Assembly (NCBI RefSeq): GCF_041688735.1
Contig: NZ_JBDNHO010000094.1
Span: forward strand, 2,796-66,795
Direction of reading: 5' to 3'
Source of the DNA: Brevundimonas sp.
GTDB taxonomy: Bacteria; Pseudomonadota; Alphaproteobacteria; Caulobacterales; Caulobacteraceae
Length of the DNA: 64,000 bases
The translations under genes were made by a program, and so were the position numbers. Of the stretch, positions 10,308 through 21,534 are shown in pieces; position 1 is the stretch's first letter; each line of letters begins with the position of its first letter. Below the pieces are notes generated by a model that was given only the letters and a program-made list of their open reading frames with translations, was not told the DNA's origin and made no database searches.

Positions 10308-11327
10308 TCAGGCCTCCACGTAAACGTCGGTGTAGAGCTCGGAAGGGTCCGGCTCCGGGCTTTCCTGGGCGAACTGGACGGCCTCGGCGACGATGGTCTT
10401 GATCTCGGCGTCGATGGCCTTGAGGTCGTGCTCGGTCGCGCCAGCCTGGTCCAGCAGCATCTTGACGTGGTCGATGGGGTCGCGGGTCTTCTTGACCTCG
10501 TCGACCTCTTCCTTGGCACGGTATTTGGCGGGATCGCTCATGGAATGACCGCGATAGCGATAGGTCTTCATCTCAAGGATGAAGGGGCCGCCGCCTTCGC
10601 GGGCGCGCTTGACGGCCCGGGCCACGGCGTCGCGCACGGCCAGCACGTCCATGCCGTCGACCTGTTCGCCGGGAATGCCGAAGCTGGCACCGCGCTGGCT
10701 GAGGTCGGTCGTGGCCGACGAGCGTTCGATGCTCGTGCCCATGGCGTACTGGTTGTTCTCGATGATGTAGATGGCAGGCAGCTTCCAAAGCTGGGCCATG
10801 TTGAAGCTCTCATAGACTTGGCCCTGGTTGGCCGCGCCATCGCCGAAATAAATGAACGCGACCGAGTCATCGCCGCGATAGCGCCCGGCGAAGGCCAGAC
10901 CCGTGCCCAGCGCCACCTGCGCCCCGACGATGCCGTGGCCGCCGTAGAAGCCGGTGGCGGTGTCGAACATATGCATCGACCCGCCCTTGCCCTTGGACGA
11001 ACCGCCGATACGGCCGGTCAGCTCGGCCATGACCTGTTTGGGGTCCATGCCGGCGCACAGCATGTGGCCGTGGTCGCGATAGCCGGTGATGATCTTGTCG
11101 TGGCCCTGGCGCACGCTTTCCTGAACGCCCACGGCCACCGCCTCCTGACCGATGTAGAGGTGGCAGAAGCCGCCGATCAGCCCCATGCCGTATAGCTGGC
11201 CCGCGCGCTCCTCGAACCGGCGGATGAGGACCATCTCGCGGTAAAAGCGCAGCAGGTCCTCTTTCGAAGCCGCCGGGGTGTTGGGAATCTTTTTGGACGC
11301 AGTCTTCGCGGCGGGGGCTTTCGCCAT
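10308..11327 (-). CDS. pdhA: Pyruvate dehydrogenase E1 component alpha subunit
   Basis: 339 aa with a TPP-binding region ([17 protein letters not shown]) and the phosphorylation-loop-like [11 protein letters not shown]. Confidence 0.95.
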   Translation of the reverse strand: MAKAPAAKTASKKIPNTPAASKEDLLRFYREMVLIRRFEERAGQLYGMGLIGGFCHLYIGQEAVAVGVQESVRQGHDKIITGYRDHGHMLCAGMDPKQVMAELTGRIGGSSKGKGGSMHMFDTATGFYGGHGIVGAQVALGTGLAFAGRYRGDDSVAFIYFGDGAANQGQVYESFNMAQLWKLPAIYIIENNQYAMGTSIERSSATTDLSQRGASFGIPGEQVDGMDVLAVRDAVARAVKRAREGGGPFILEMKTYRYRGHSMSDPAKYRAKEEVDEVKKTRDPIDHVKMLLDQAGATEHDLKAIDAEIKTIVAEAVQFAQESPEPDPSELYTDVYVEA

Positions 11328-11440
11328 CCGTCATCTCCCGGCTGGGCTCCGGTCTCAGAGCCTCTTGTCGTTACGGTAAGGGGCTTTAGCAGCCTTCGTT
11401 CCCGAAAGGCAAAGCGCCCCGGTCAAGCTGTAACCAAAGT

Positions 11441-11770
11441 TCACGCGGCGGGTGCGGACGCGGCTTTGGCGTCGGGCGCCGACACCCTGATTACATAATC
11501 GCGCGGGTCGCTGAACCCCAGCACGGCGCGGGCGCGCTCTTCCAGAAGATCGCGCGACAGGCTGTCGGTGCGCAGATAGCGGACCCGAACCTCGAGATCG
11601 CGCCGTTGCTCCATGATCCGGGCCAATTGGGCCTCGCGCATCACCAGCATGGCGTCGCGCTCGCCGCCACCCAGCAGACCGCGCTCGCCCGTGAGAGCCT
11701 GGACGCCCAGATAGCTGATCAACAACAGCAGGGCTGCGGCTGGAAAATAAGGCTTCATCCGTTCCGGCAC
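11441..11770 (-). CDS. ftsB: Septum formation initiator family protein (FtsB/DivIC)
   Basis: 109 aa with a single N-terminal TM helix and a coiled coil. It sits in the conserved eno-ftsB-pdhA position seen in alphaproteobacteria. Confidence 0.8.
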   Translation of the reverse strand: MPERMKPYFPAAALLLLISYLGVQALTGERGLLGGGERDAMLVMREAQLARIMEQRRDLEVRVRYLRTDSLSRDLLEERARAVLGFSDPRDYVIRVSAPDAKAASAPAA

Positions 11771-11888
11771 TCACGACGCTCCTTCTGAGCGTGGACTCAC
11801 GATTGATGAATCATGACCGAAATGCCTAACAAACCGTAGCTTGGCCGCAGCAGCTTCTTTCTCCATCGCAGCGGGGAATGAAAGGTCA

Positions 11889-13184
<1,296 letters not shown>

Positions 13185-13345
13185 TCAGGGAGTTTGGCGG
13201 GGTTTAACGCAGACCCCGCCGAATCGCCAACCATGACCGGCGCAGATCAGGTGCGGGCCTCGACATAGCGGATGATGGGTCCGCCGGCGGCGACTTGCTC
13301 AACCCCGGTGTGGTCGTTGATACCCCGCGCGGCGGGCTCTGGACG

Positions 13346-13377
13346 CGAAAACGGCGCGCGGTGAACCGCGCGCCGTC
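13346..13377 (-). terminator. Rho-independent terminator downstream of rpmF
   Basis: GC-rich hairpin ACGGCGCGCGG-(loop)-CCGCGCGCCGT, followed by a UUUUC run on the minus strand. Confidence 0.6.
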
Positions 13378-13405
13378 ATTCAATCCGCTGACGGACTGGA
13401 AAAAC

Positions 13406-13588
13406 CTAGTCTTGCTTGGGCGTCAGGACTTGGCGGCCGCGATAGGTGCCGGTCTTCAGGTCGATGTGGTGCGAGCGACGCAGTTCGCCCGTGTCCTTGT
13501 CCTCAGTGTGAGGGTTCGTGCCCAGCGAGTCATGGGCGCGACGCATGTTGCGACGCGAGGGCGATACTTTGCGCTTCGGAACGGCCAT
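13406..13588 (-). CDS. rpmF: 50S ribosomal protein L32
   Basis: 60 aa with an [19 protein letters not shown] start. Confidence 0.95.
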   Translation of the reverse strand: MAVPKRKVSPSRRNMRRAHDSLGTNPHTEDKDTGELRRSHHIDLKTGTYRGRQVLTPKQD

Positions 13589-13630
13589 GTCCGTCTCAAT
13601 CTTCCAAGAGTGCGGCGCCGGGAACGGCGC

Positions 13631-13661
13631 GAAAACAACAGCGGCGGCCCGAAAGAGCCGC
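13631..13661 (-). terminator. Rho-independent terminator downstream of the GNAT gene
   Basis: Hairpin GGCGGC-UCUUUCGG-GCCGCC, followed by GCUGUUGUUUUCG on the minus strand. Confidence 0.55.
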
Positions 13662-13699
13662 CAGCGAGCGCGGGCTTATGCCTGATCATGCCCCGGACT

Positions 13700-14230
13700 T
13701 CAAGTCTTGGCGTGCCTGTCGCGCCGCTCCGCCCAATGCGACCGTGAAAGACCGTAGTAGACGCTGTCCTTCCACTCGCCCGCGATCTCCCAGGTCTTCT
13801 CGGCGAAGCCCGTGCGGACAAATCCTCGACCCTCGAGCAGACGAATCGATGCGACGTTTTCGGGATCGACGTCGGCCGTCAGCGCATCCAGGGCGCGGGT
13901 CTGGAAGACGTGGTCGATGACCGCACCCACCGCCTCCTTCCCCAACCCCTGTCCCCAGTGGTCGGGGTGCAGGATATAGCCGACGTCGGGCAGGCGGTAT
14001 AAGCCAGCCTTGCCGATGACGCGGCCGTTCTTCTCCACGACGAAATCTTCGCTGAGTTCCGGCGGGCTGGCGATCATGCCGTTCAGCCAGGCGGACGTCT
14101 GCTTCAGGTCCGCATGCGGCGGCGTTGACCACCAGCGCGTGGCGCGGGCATTGGACATGACGGCGTGTATCGCCTCCAGATCGTCCGGAACGGCGCGGCG
14201 CAGGATCAGGCGGGGGGTATACAAAAACAT
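13700..14230 (-). CDS. GNAT family N-acetyltransferase (RimJ/RimL-like)
   Basis: RLILRRAVPDDLEAIHAVM...GYILHPDHWGQGLGKEA is a typical Acetyltransf_3 pattern. The ATG at 14230 is preferred to the longest ORF start at 14356. Confidence 0.8.
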   Translation of the reverse strand: MFLYTPRLILRRAVPDDLEAIHAVMSNARATRWWSTPPHADLKQTSAWLNGMIASPPELSEDFVVEKNGRVIGKAGLYRLPDVGYILHPDHWGQGLGKEAVGAVIDHVFQTRALDALTADVDPENVASIRLLEGRGFVRTGFAEKTWEIAGEWKDSVYYGLSRSHWAERRDRHAKT

Positions 14231-14372
14231 AGGGCCGAGTGCCGCTTCGCCCCCTGCCCGGTCAAGCCCCGACAAGGTTCGATGTAACCCAACGCGGTCC
14301 TCTGGCGAATGGGTCATGAACCGGACCGACCCTGTCAACGGGCCGGGACGCTGCAATCATCGGGAGCCCACC

Positions 14373-14786
14373 ATGAACCGACGCCATCTCGTCACCGCAA
14401 GCCTTTCCGGGATCGGCCTGATCGCCATCGCTGCGGCGGCCTTCGCCTTCACCGCGGCCGCCGCGCCCGCGCCGGTCGCCTTCGACCGAGCCGCCTTCGA
14501 ACAGGCCCAGGCCGCCGACAAGCGCATCCTCATCGATATCTGGGCTCCGTGGTGCCCGACCTGCCGGGCGCAGGAGCCGATCATCAAAACCGTCGCCGCC
14601 GCTCGTGGCAACGAAGACCTTGTCGTCTTCAAGGTGCATTTCGATGACCAGAAGGCCGAGGTGCGCCGCTTCGGAGCCCAGCGCCAATCGACCCTGATCG
14701 CCTATCGTGGTTCGCGTGAGACGGGCCGGCTGGTGGCCGACACCAACCCCGACCGGATCGCGGCCCTGGTTGCGACGACCCGCTGA
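14373..14786 (+). CDS. Exported thioredoxin-family protein
   Basis: Signal peptide MNRRHLVTASLSGIGLIAIAAAAFA and the WAPWCPTCRAQ CxxC motif. Confidence 0.8.
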   Translation: MNRRHLVTASLSGIGLIAIAAAAFAFTAAAAPAPVAFDRAAFEQAQAADKRILIDIWAPWCPTCRAQEPIIKTVAAARGNEDLVVFKVHFDDQKAEVRRFGAQRQSTLIAYRGSRETGRLVADTNPDRIAALVATTR

Positions 14787-14789
14787 CGG

Positions 14790-15515
14790 ATGGGCGTTGA
14801 TCTCAACTTGACCCTCGCCTTCGTGGCGGGCGTCCTGACCATGATGTCGCCCTGTGTCCTGCCGCTGCTGCCGATCGTCCTGGGCTCGGCCCAGTCCAGT
14901 CACCGGCTGGGACCTGTGGCTCTGGGGCTGGGACTGGCGTTGAGCTTCACCTTCGTCGGACTTTTCGTCGCCACGGTTGGATTCGCCATTGGCCTGGATG
15001 CGGACCTGTTCCGCACGATCGGCGGCGCGATCATGATCCTGGTGGGCGCGATTCTGGTCATCCCCCAGGCGCAACGCGCCCTGGCGACCGCCGGCGGCCC
15101 CCTGACCGAATGGGCCCAGGGCCCGATGCGCCAACTTGAGGAGAAGGGACCGTTCGGACAGGCGGCCATGGGTCTGTTGTTGGGACTGGTTTGGGTGCCT
15201 TGCGTCGGACCGACGCTCGGGGCGGCGTCGGTCTTGGCGGCGCAGGGCGAGAACCTTGGCCTCGTCTTCCTGACAATGTTAGTCTTCGGCGTCGGCGCGG
15301 CGCTTCCTCTGGTGCTTGTCGGACTGGCATCACGATCGCTTCTGGCCCGGTTGCGTGGGCGGCTGGCCGGCGCGGGTCGGGCCGGCAAGATGCTGCTCGG
15401 CACCCTTCTGCTCATTATGGGCCTGCTGATCTTCAGCGGCGTCGACCGCGAGCTGGAGACCTCGTTGGTTGATATTTCACCGATGTGGCTGACGGAGTTG
15501 ACGACCCGCTACTGA
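14790..15515 (+). CDS. Cytochrome c biogenesis protein CcdA / DsbD-family thiol-disulfide transporter
   Basis: 241 aa with six TM segments. It carries the SPCVLPLLP and VPCVGPTLG cysteine motifs. Confidence 0.85.
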   Translation: MGVDLNLTLAFVAGVLTMMSPCVLPLLPIVLGSAQSSHRLGPVALGLGLALSFTFVGLFVATVGFAIGLDADLFRTIGGAIMILVGAILVIPQAQRALATAGGPLTEWAQGPMRQLEEKGPFGQAAMGLLLGLVWVPCVGPTLGAASVLAAQGENLGLVFLTMLVFGVGAALPLVLVGLASRSLLARLRGRLAGAGRAGKMLLGTLLLIMGLLIFSGVDRELETSLVDISPMWLTELTTRY

Positions 15516-16039
15516 AGCGGGCGTTCGAGGACGAGGAAAAACAAATCGTCACGCTTGGGTAGGCCAAAGCGAGGATCGCCGTAGGGAAACGGCAGGGTCT
15601 CGCCGGTGCAAGCATAGCCCAGCCGCTCATACCAGGCGATCAGTGTGTCGCGCCGGGGAAGGACCGAGATGCGGACCCGCAGAGCGCCGAATCGCCGGGC
15701 CAACTCCGCATGGGCTGCCTCGACCAGCGCACGGCCAACGCCACCGTTCTGCAAGGTCGGGCTAACGGACAACATGCCGAGATAGCCAGTCCCCTCGCCG
15801 CGGTCGGCGATCAGGACGCAGCCGACCAGACCCTCGCCGCGCCAGGCGGACAGCAGGGCCTGTTTCGGATCGGCGAGGATGTCGGCAAGATCATCGGGAT
15901 CGGTGCGCTGGCCGTCCAGCAGGTCGGCCTCGGTAGTCCAGCCGGCGCGCGAGGCCTCGCCGCGATAGGCGCTTTCGATCAGGCAGTGCAGGGCGGGAAC
16001 GTTCGCCGCCGTACCCTCGCGAATAGACAGTTCAGTCAT
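15509..16039 (-). CDS. GNAT family N-acetyltransferase
   Basis: 176 aa with an acetyl-CoA-binding-like segment LSVSPTLQNGGVGRALV. Confidence 0.8.
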   Translation of the reverse strand: MTELSIREGTAANVPALHCLIESAYRGEASRAGWTTEADLLDGQRTDPDDLADILADPKQALLSAWRGEGLVGCVLIADRGEGTGYLGMLSVSPTLQNGGVGRALVEAAHAELARRFGALRVRISVLPRRDTLIAWYERLGYACTGETLPFPYGDPRFGLPKRDDLFFLVLERPLQ

Positions 16040-17144
16040 CGGTCAACATCGCCGTGACGGCCTCGCCGATGGCCAGCGAGCTGGTCAGGCCGGGGCTTTC
16101 GATGCCGAACAGGGCGACCAGTCCGTCAAGGCCGTGGACGTCTTGCCCGTGCAGCTGGAAATCCGGCTGCGGTTGACCCGGCCCGTGCAGCTTGGGGCGG
16201 ATGCCGGCGTAGTCCGGGGTCAGCGCCCCGTCCGGCAGGCCGGGCCAGAAGCGGCGGACATAGTGCTCGAACTCGGTCGCCTTGGCCGGATCGACCGAAT
16301 AGTCCTCGGTCTCGACATAGGTCAGGTCCGGGCCGAATACGGCTTGGCCGCCCAGGTCCTTGCGATAGTGGGTGCCCAACGCGCCGGGAATCGGCGGCGG
16401 ATAGATCAACCGCTCGAACGGTGCCTTGCCGGTCAGGCGGAAATAGACCCCCTTGCCGAAATGACCCGCCGGAATGCGATCCGCCGGATAGCCGGCGATC
16501 AGGCCAGCGACGCCCTGGGCCTGAAGGCCGGGAGCCGTCACGAGCAACCGCGTGGTCAGGGTCGCCCCGCCCTCCCCTCCGGCCGTCAGCCGGAAGCCGC
16601 CGTCCGCGAGCGGTTCTGCCCCTTCGAACGGCGTCGAGACGACGACCGAGCCGCCCGCGTCCTCGATCTCGCCCTGCAGCGCCAATATATAGCCGTGGCT
16701 GTCGAACACACCGCTCTCGGGCGACAGGATGGCGGCATAGGCGTTCAGGCCGGGCTCCAAGGCGCGCGCCTTGGCACCGGTCAGGTGCTCCAGCCCCTCA
16801 ACGCCATTGGCTATTGCCTGTTGGAAGATAGCCTCGATGCGCTCGACCTCGGCGTCCTCGGTAGCCACGATCAGCTTGCCGCATTTGCGATGATCGACCT
16901 TGTGGCTGTCGAGGAAGGCGTACAGCGCCCGCCGCCCCTCGACGCAGAATCGCGCCTTCAGCGAACCGATCGGATAGTAGAGACCGCCGTGAATGACCTC
17001 GGAATTGCGCGACGACACGCCCTGTCCGATGTGCGGCGCGGCTTCCAGCACCAGCACGGACAGCCCCCGCCTTACGAGTGCGCGACCGCAGGCCAGGCCT
17101 ACTGCGCCGGCACCCACCACCGTGGCTTCGAAGTCGAAACTCAC
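16032..17144 (-). CDS. FAD-dependent oxidoreductase (L-2-hydroxyglutarate oxidase-like, DAO family)
   Basis: N-terminal VVGAGAVGLACGRAL dinucleotide fold and a 370-aa DAO-like body. Confidence 0.8.
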   Translation of the reverse strand: MSFDFEATVVGAGAVGLACGRALVRRGLSVLVLEAAPHIGQGVSSRNSEVIHGGLYYPIGSLKARFCVEGRRALYAFLDSHKVDHRKCGKLIVATEDAEVERIEAIFQQAIANGVEGLEHLTGAKARALEPGLNAYAAILSPESGVFDSHGYILALQGEIEDAGGSVVVSTPFEGAEPLADGGFRLTAGGEGGATLTTRLLVTAPGLQAQGVAGLIAGYPADRIPAGHFGKGVYFRLTGKAPFERLIYPPPIPGALGTHYRKDLGGQAVFGPDLTYVETEDYSVDPAKATEFEHYVRRFWPGLPDGALTPDYAGIRPKLHGPGQPQPDFQLHGQDVHGLDGLVALFGIESPGLTSSLAIGEAVTAMLTDD

Positions 17145-17596
17145 GCCTTCAGACCGTAGAGAGCGGCAGCGCGAGCCTCGAAACAGACCATCAGCTTGCT
17201 GACCGCACGGTCGAAATTGGCCTGTAGCATGCCGTCCAGCAGCCGCGACTTGAAGGCGAAGTCGATCATGAATTCGAGCCGCGTCCCGGCCGGGTCGGGA
17301 AAGAATTCCCAGCGGTTGTTCAGATGTCTGAACGGCCCGCGGATGAGGCCGACCTCGACTATGTCGCGGTTTCGGTCATGCCGCACCCAGGTCGAAAACC
17401 GCTCGGTGAGGAAAGAGAAACCCACAGCCGCCTCGGCGTCCAGCAGCGAGACGCCGGCCGACTCTTCGCGCGGGCTCCAGGTCCGCAGGGCCGTCACCCA
17501 CGGAACGAACTCGGGATAGGCGCGCACGTCAGCGACCAGCTCGGCCAGTTGATCGGGCGCGTACGGCAGGATTTTCGTGACGCGGTGAACGGCCAA
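17141..17596 (-). CDS. SRPBCC/START-fold protein (RatA / COQ10-like)
   Basis: 151 aa with VADVRAYPEFVPW, characteristic of the polyketide_cyc2/RatA family. It occupies the conserved position next to lipA. Confidence 0.8.
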   Translation of the reverse strand: MAVHRVTKILPYAPDQLAELVADVRAYPEFVPWVTALRTWSPREESAGVSLLDAEAAVGFSFLTERFSTWVRHDRNRDIVEVGLIRGPFRHLNNRWEFFPDPAGTRLEFMIDFAFKSRLLDGMLQANFDRAVSKLMVCFEARAAALYGLKA

Positions 17597-17603
17597 GCGC
17601 GGG

Positions 17604-18566
17604 TCAGCGCCCCGTCTGCGCCAGACGCGCCGCCCTCAGCCGGGCGAAGTCGTCGCCGGCGTGATGCGAGCTGCGGGTCAGGGGAGACGACGATACCATC
17701 AGGAAGCCCTTGGCCCGGGCGATGGCCTCATAGGCCTTGAACTCTTCCGGCGTGACGAACCGGTCGATGGCGGCGTGTTTGCGGGTCGGCTGCAGATATT
17801 GGCCGATGGTGATGAAATCGACGCCGGCCGAACGCATGTCGTCCATCACCTGCATGACTTCTTCACGGGTCTCGCCCAGACCGACCATGATGCCGGACTT
17901 GGTGAATTGGTTGGGGTCGCGCTCCTTGACCATCTGTAATAGGCGCAGGGAGTGGAAATAGCGGGCCCCAGGCCGGATCTTCAGATACAACCGCGGCACG
18001 GTCTCAAGGTTGTGGTTGAACACGTCGGGCGTGGCGTCGATCACCACCTCGGCCGCGCCGTCCTTGCGCAGGAAGTCGGGCGTCAGGATCTCGATAGTGG
18101 TGTTTGGAGCCTGCAGCCGGATCTGACGCACCACCTCGGCGAAATGGGCGGCGCCGCCGTCGGACAGGTCGTCCCGGTCCACGCTGGTGATAACGACATG
18201 GTTCAGGCCCAGTTGCGCCACGGCCAGGCCGACCTTGGCCGGTTCTTCGGCGTCCAGCGGCTGAGGCAGGCCGGTCTTGACGTTGCAGAAAGCGCAGGCC
18301 CGCGTGCAGGTATCGCCCATGATCATCAGGGTGGCGTGTTTCTGGCTCCAGCACTCGCCGATGTTCGGGCAGGCCGCCTCTTCACAAACAGTAACGAGGC
18401 CCTTGGCCTTCACGATGGCCCGGGTCGCATTGTACTGGCCCGAGCCGGGTGCCTTGACCCGCAGCCAGTCGGGCTTCCTCAGCACGGCCGTTTCCGGTCG
18501 GTTCTGCTTTTCCGGGTGACGCAGTTCAGCGGGCGTCTTCGTCAGGGTGTCGATCAGCGTGACCAA
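17604..18566 (-). CDS. lipA: Lipoyl synthase
   Basis: RHPEKQNRP...[13 protein letters not shown]...[10 protein letters not shown] radical-SAM motifs. A TTG start at 18566 gives a typical length of about 320 aa. The longest ORF extends to 18665. Confidence 0.92.
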   Translation of the reverse strand: MVTLIDTLTKTPAELRHPEKQNRPETAVLRKPDWLRVKAPGSGQYNATRAIVKAKGLVTVCEEAACPNIGECWSQKHATLMIMGDTCTRACAFCNVKTGLPQPLDAEEPAKVGLAVAQLGLNHVVITSVDRDDLSDGGAAHFAEVVRQIRLQAPNTTIEILTPDFLRKDGAAEVVIDATPDVFNHNLETVPRLYLKIRPGARYFHSLRLLQMVKERDPNQFTKSGIMVGLGETREEVMQVMDDMRSAGVDFITIGQYLQPTRKHAAIDRFVTPEEFKAYEAIARAKGFLMVSSSPLTRSSHHAGDDFARLRAARLAQTGR

Positions 18567-18734
18567 GGCGTCGCGGGCTCCGGGCTGTGCGAACGCTATG
18601 TCGTCCTTCCGCACGGCGAAGGCAAGGTGGGTCCAGAGTTCACGCCGTGTAACGCATCTTTTCAATACGGCTTCCGGGCCCTAGTTTGGGTGTTCAGCAT
18701 AAATGGCGGGGATTGAACCTCGTCCGCACGGAGG

Positions 18735-20294
18735 ATGTCTTTGCGCGTACCCCTGGACCCCAAGGCCGTCGAGGAGACGATCTTCGACGCCCTGATCGCG
18801 GCCCGCGAAAAGTACGGCGACAAGGAGATCCTGGAAGACCAGGATCGCAAGCCCTTGACGTACACCGGCCTGATACGTGCCGCCTTCGTTCTGGGGCGCA
18901 AGATCGCCGCCATGACCGAACCGGCCGAGCGGGTCGGCATCCTGCTTCCGTCCAGCATGGGCGTAGTGGTCACCTACTTCGGCCTGCACGCCCACGGGCG
19001 CGTGCCGGTGATGCTGAATTTCACATCGGGCGAGGCCAACATCAAGGCGGCGATCAAGGCCGCGGGCGTGAAGAAGATACTGACCGCCAAACGGTTCATT
19101 GATCAGGCCAAGCTGGATGCTCTGGTGGGCGATCTGGCCACGGTCGCCGAAATCGTCTGGCTGGACGACGTGCGCGCGACCATCGGCCTTCAGGACAAGG
19201 TTTACGGCCTGATGGCTGGGCTGATGCCCAAACGCTTCCGGGTGAAGACAGAACCGTCGTCGCCGGGCGTGGTTCTGTTCACCTCGGGCAGTTTCGGTGC
19301 ACCCAAGGGCGTGGTGCTCAGCCAATGGAACCTCGTCGCCAACTGCCGCCAGGTGCACCAGCATATCCCGCTGGACCCCGACTGGCTCGTGTTCAATCCC
19401 TTGCCGACCTTCCACTGCTTCGGTCTGACCGGCGGGGTCCTCTTGCCGATCCTGAACGGGTTGAAGGCCTTTCAGTACCCGTCTCCGCTGCATGCCAAGC
19501 AGATCGTCGAACTGGTCCACGAGCTGAAGGTATCGCTTTTGTTCGCCACCGACACCTTCTTGAACCAGTGGGCGCGCGTGGCCGGGTCGGACGACTTCGC
19601 CAGTCTGCAGTTCGTTGTGGCGGGGGCGGAAAAGGTAAAGGACGAAACCTATCACCTCTACAATACCAGGTTTCACGGGCTGAAGCTGCTCGAGGGCTAC
19701 GGTGCCACCGAGGCCGCGCCCGTGGTGGCGGTCAACCATCCGGACCGCAATCGCCCCGGCACCGTCGGTCAGATGCTGCCCGGCATGGAATGGCGCATCG
19801 ATCCCGTTGACGGCATCTCTGAGGGCGGTCGGCTTTTCCTGCGCGGTCCCAACGTCATGCGGGGCTATCTGTCGGCCGACGATCCGCAGTCGATCGAGCC
19901 GCTGGTCGGCGGCTGGCACGACACGGGTGACATCGTCGACATCGACAAGGACGGCTATGTCGCCATCCTGGGTCGGGTGAAGCGTTTCGCCAAGATCGGC
20001 GGAGAGATGGTCTCCCTGACCGCGGTCGAGGGTCTGGCCAGCGCCGTATGGCCCGACTCTCGTCACGCCGTCGTCTCCATCCCAGACAGCCGCAAGGGCG
20101 AAAAGCTGGTTCTGGTCACCGACCGCACTGACGCCGACGTCGCGCGTCTCGCCGAATGGGCCCGCAGCCACGGAGCCCCGGAACTGACCGTGCCCAAAAA
20201 GATCATGCGCGTGGGCGAGGTGCCCGTGCTGGGCACGGGCAAGACCGACTATGTCGCGATCCAGCGGATGGTGGAAGTCGATACCGCCGCCTGA
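18735..20294 (+). CDS. AMP-binding enzyme (acyl-ACP synthetase / Aas C-terminal-domain-like)
   Basis: 519 aa with the adenylate-forming motifs VVLFTSGSFGAPKGVVLS, GYGATE and GWHDTGD. Confidence 0.85.
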   Translation: MSLRVPLDPKAVEETIFDALIAAREKYGDKEILEDQDRKPLTYTGLIRAAFVLGRKIAAMTEPAERVGILLPSSMGVVVTYFGLHAHGRVPVMLNFTSGEANIKAAIKAAGVKKILTAKRFIDQAKLDALVGDLATVAEIVWLDDVRATIGLQDKVYGLMAGLMPKRFRVKTEPSSPGVVLFTSGSFGAPKGVVLSQWNLVANCRQVHQHIPLDPDWLVFNPLPTFHCFGLTGGVLLPILNGLKAFQYPSPLHAKQIVELVHELKVSLLFATDTFLNQWARVAGSDDFASLQFVVAGAEKVKDETYHLYNTRFHGLKLLEGYGATEAAPVVAVNHPDRNRPGTVGQMLPGMEWRIDPVDGISEGGRLFLRGPNVMRGYLSADDPQSIEPLVGGWHDTGDIVDIDKDGYVAILGRVKRFAKIGGEMVSLTAVEGLASAVWPDSRHAVVSIPDSRKGEKLVLVTDRTDADVARLAEWARSHGAPELTVPKKIMRVGEVPVLGTGKTDYVAIQRMVEVDTAA

Positions 20295-20366
20295 TCCGAA
20301 CGCCCGTCATCGAGATCGATCCGCCCCCGATGACGTCGTTGAAGACCTCCGCGTCGCCGCCTCGGA

Positions 20367-20969
20367 TCAGCCGACGAGCTTCTTCGCCGTCTCGGCCACA
20401 TAGCGACCCTGCCAGCGGGCGCCTTCCAGTTCGTTCTCGCTGGGCATGCGCGAGCCGTCACCGCCCGTGATGGTCGTCGCTCCATAGGGCGAGCCGCCCG
20501 TGATCTCGTCGATCCGCGACTGACCGGCCCAGGCATAGGGCAGGCCCGCGATCAGCATGCCGTGGTGCATCAGGGTCTGGATCAGGCCAATCAGCGTCGT
20601 CTCCTGGCCACCGTGCTGGGTGGCGGTCGAAGTGAAGGCCGAACCGACCTTGCCAACCAGGGTCCCCTCCATCCAGACGCCGCCGGTCTGATCCCAGAAA
20701 TTGCGCATCTGCGACGACGCGGTGCCGTAACGCGTGCCCGCGCCGATGATGACCGCGGCATAGTTTTCGAGGTCTGCCACCACGGCTATCGGCGCCGCCT
20801 GGTCCATTTTGTACCCGCTGGACTTCGCCAGCGCTTCGGGCACCAGTTCTGGTACGCGCTTGATGTCCACGGTCACGCCGTCCACTGACCGCGCGCCCTC
20901 GGCGATCGCTTCGGCCATGGTTTCGATGTGGCCGTAGGTGGAATGATACAGGACGAGAACCTTGGTCAT
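20367..20969 (-). CDS. wrbA: NAD(P)H:quinone oxidoreductase WrbA
   Basis: [19 protein letters not shown] flavodoxin-like start. The ATG at 20969 is chosen over the longer ORF start at 21119. Confidence 0.92.
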   Translation of the reverse strand: MTKVLVLYHSTYGHIETMAEAIAEGARSVDGVTVDIKRVPELVPEALAKSSGYKMDQAAPIAVVADLENYAAVIIGAGTRYGTASSQMRNFWDQTGGVWMEGTLVGKVGSAFTSTATQHGGQETTLIGLIQTLMHHGMLIAGLPYAWAGQSRIDEITGGSPYGATTITGGDGSRMPSENELEGARWQGRYVAETAKKLVG

Positions 20970-21072
20970 CACGTGCTCCGCTGCGAAGGCTGCCTCGATT
21001 GGAAACCGCGCGTGTGGCTGACATGGCCTTCCGCAATGTGGGCGTAAGGTCCCGGTGGATTTGCTGGGGAAG

Positions 21073-21534
21073 CTAGCGCCGGGCCCCGAGTGGACAGACG
21101 CGATCATAGAAGGCCGCATCGCCCGGAACCGTTCCCCCCCGCGCCAAGCGAAAGCGGTGTTCGACCACCATGGCCTGCTGCTCGATGTTCAACCCGCCCC
21201 AATCGCAGTCCATGCCGACGGGGTATGAATAGGAGGCGGGACGGTCTCCTGCCCTGATCTTCCCGTTCAGCAGATTGATCCCCTGTTGGGCCTGCCAGAT
21301 GTGGGTCAGTTCGTGGATCAGCACTGCCTGCAAGTTCAGCGGCGAGTAGGCGAAGTCTTCCGGCAAGCCATTACCGGGCCACAGAATCCAGTCCCGCCCG
21401 AACCAGCGACCCGGCACGAAGGCGCGGTCGAAAGGCCATGGCGTGCCGAGCAGCCGGATCGGATCGAGTTTCAGCCCGTCGCCGAACGCCCCCTCAGCCA
21501 AGACCCGCTCCCCCGCCGTCAGCGCCCGCATCAT
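21073..21534 (-). CDS. Small HExxH-motif protein (putative zinc-peptidase-like; of the kind annotated Vgr-related / DUF4157-like)
   Basis: About 153 aa with the motif [14 protein letters not shown] and no signal peptide. Its ATG overlaps the TGA of the upstream M15 peptidase gene (ATGA). Confidence 0.65.
   Translation of the reverse strand: MMRALTAGERVLAEGAFGDGLKLDPIRLLGTPWPFDRAFVPGRWFGRDWILWPGNGLPEDFAYSPLNLQAVLIHELTHIWQAQQGINLLNGKIRAGDRPASYSYPVGMDCDWGGLNIEQQAMVVEHRFRLARGGTVPGDAAFYDRVCPLGARR

Noticed and set aside
17141-17596. RatA-family protein as a type II toxin-antitoxin locus.
   Set aside because: There is no small antitoxin ORF adjacent. The gene is in an apparent operon with lipA and an FAD oxidoreductase, consistent with a COQ10/START-like housekeeping role.
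20305-20335. Inverted repeat CGTCATCG...CGATGACG between the convergent AMP-binding and wrbA genes, as a bidirectional terminator.
   Set aside because: It has only an 8-bp stem with a 15-nt loop and no flanking T/A tracts, which is too weak to call.
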